The notes under the pieces were generated by a model, which was not told the origin of the DNA, made no database searches, and was given only the letters and a program-made list of their open reading frames with translations. A stretch of 64,000 nt of DNA from Paraspadella gotoi. Its lineage: Eukaryota; Animalia; Chaetognatha. Positions 63,061-64,000 of the stretch are shown here, piece by piece. Within the stretch, counting starts at the first letter, position 1. Each line of letters starts with the position of its first letter. The stretch lies in assembly GCA_051294375.1 (NCBI GenBank), contig CM119267.1:21273755-21337754 (forward strand). Direction: 5' to 3'. The position numbers and the translations under genes are program-made.

Positions 63061-64000
63061 ATTTGCAGTCGCATGATCACTTATAAAATAAAATATATGA
63101 TTAAAAATTCGATGAGTAATAATTTATGAAATACTTAGATATTTTGGATAATACTTGACAGTGACGAGTAAAAGCTTCTTTTACTCATCAACCATAAAAT
63201 GTTTGTGATATAAATATTTCATAGTTATATAAAATATACATGTTAAGAAAGTCATTGCGGTGCAACACATTTGATTTGAATTACTGCTCTTGTTTCCAAC
63301 CAAAAAGGGAAAAAAGTCGAAAATTTATGGCGCGCGTCTAGACGTTTGCCGACGCGTCTTTATTATTCGACTCTAGACTTGGCCGAGCGGTTTTTTTTTT
63401 TCCTCCCTTCATCTGACGTTTCTCTCCGCTCCTTGGACCCCGCCCTGCGGTTCGCCTTTCCTCGCCTCGTTTTTCCTTTTTTTCCCCTTTTTATTAGTCT
63501 TTTTTCCTTTTTTTCCCACGGTTGTCTCTCGTCCCAGACGCGTCGGTGTTACCTTTTTCCATTCGTAAGTCGGCTAACTCGGGGTTCTCGGATAAATCAT
63601 AACGTTTATTCTTTCTCAATTATTATTCACATTTACTTCACGCCCACTCCGTTTTTTACACAGTGGATAATGGCACCATTGGCCCATTTTATTCGTCGCG
63701 TTCTTCACTTTCCTCCATTGCGACTCTGGGCGATTTTTCCTGTCAAAATCCGGTCTCTCTCTCACTCTCTGATTCTCTCTATCGCTCTCTCTTTCCCTAC
63801 TTCCTATTCCTCTTTTTTCTTTTCCTCCCGCCCTCTCTCCTCGCCTTCTATTTTCTTCACTAAAGCTGTAATTTTTCTCTAAAATTGTTTACACCAAACA
63901 AAGTGGTGTATTCATTTTGTTTCGAAGCGATTTTTTACTTTATTTTTATAAAAAGTATTGAAAGCGATTTTCGACTAAATTCGTAGTTACTAGTTTCCTC

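Noticed and set aside
59600-64000. Protein-coding gene at the window end
   Set aside because: GC-rich patches may be promoter or UTR sequence of a neighbouring gene, but no supported coding exons were found.

Overview
Eukaryotic, animal-like genomic DNA: AT-rich, microsatellite-laden introns, GC/CpG-rich exons and five N-gaps. Manual splicing (GT-AG, phase-checked) gives eight protein genes. These are a PKDCC/VLK-like secreted kinase (+) with two intronless SLC35G/EamA transporter paralogues nested on the same strand in its last intron, a KCNMB (BK beta)-like two-TM protein (-), an orphan class A GPCR (-), a secreted 3-Kazal protein with a large acidic repeat (+), a full-length ABCB1/P-glycoprotein (+), and a divergent GSK-3-like kinase nested on the same strand inside one ABCB1 intron. 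Twelve antisense tRNA genes (9 Asn, 1 Arg, 2 Ala) sit in introns of the GSK-3-like and ABCB1 genes, giving three levels of nesting. Non-coding highlights are two Penelope-like palindromic insertions with TSDs and hammerhead ribozyme motifs, two divergent copies of an unrecognised ~220-250 nt structured RNA with covarying stems and a tRNA-like head, a third structured intronic RNA candidate, and several MITE/Helentron-like elements. All homology calls come from recalled motifs, not database searches.
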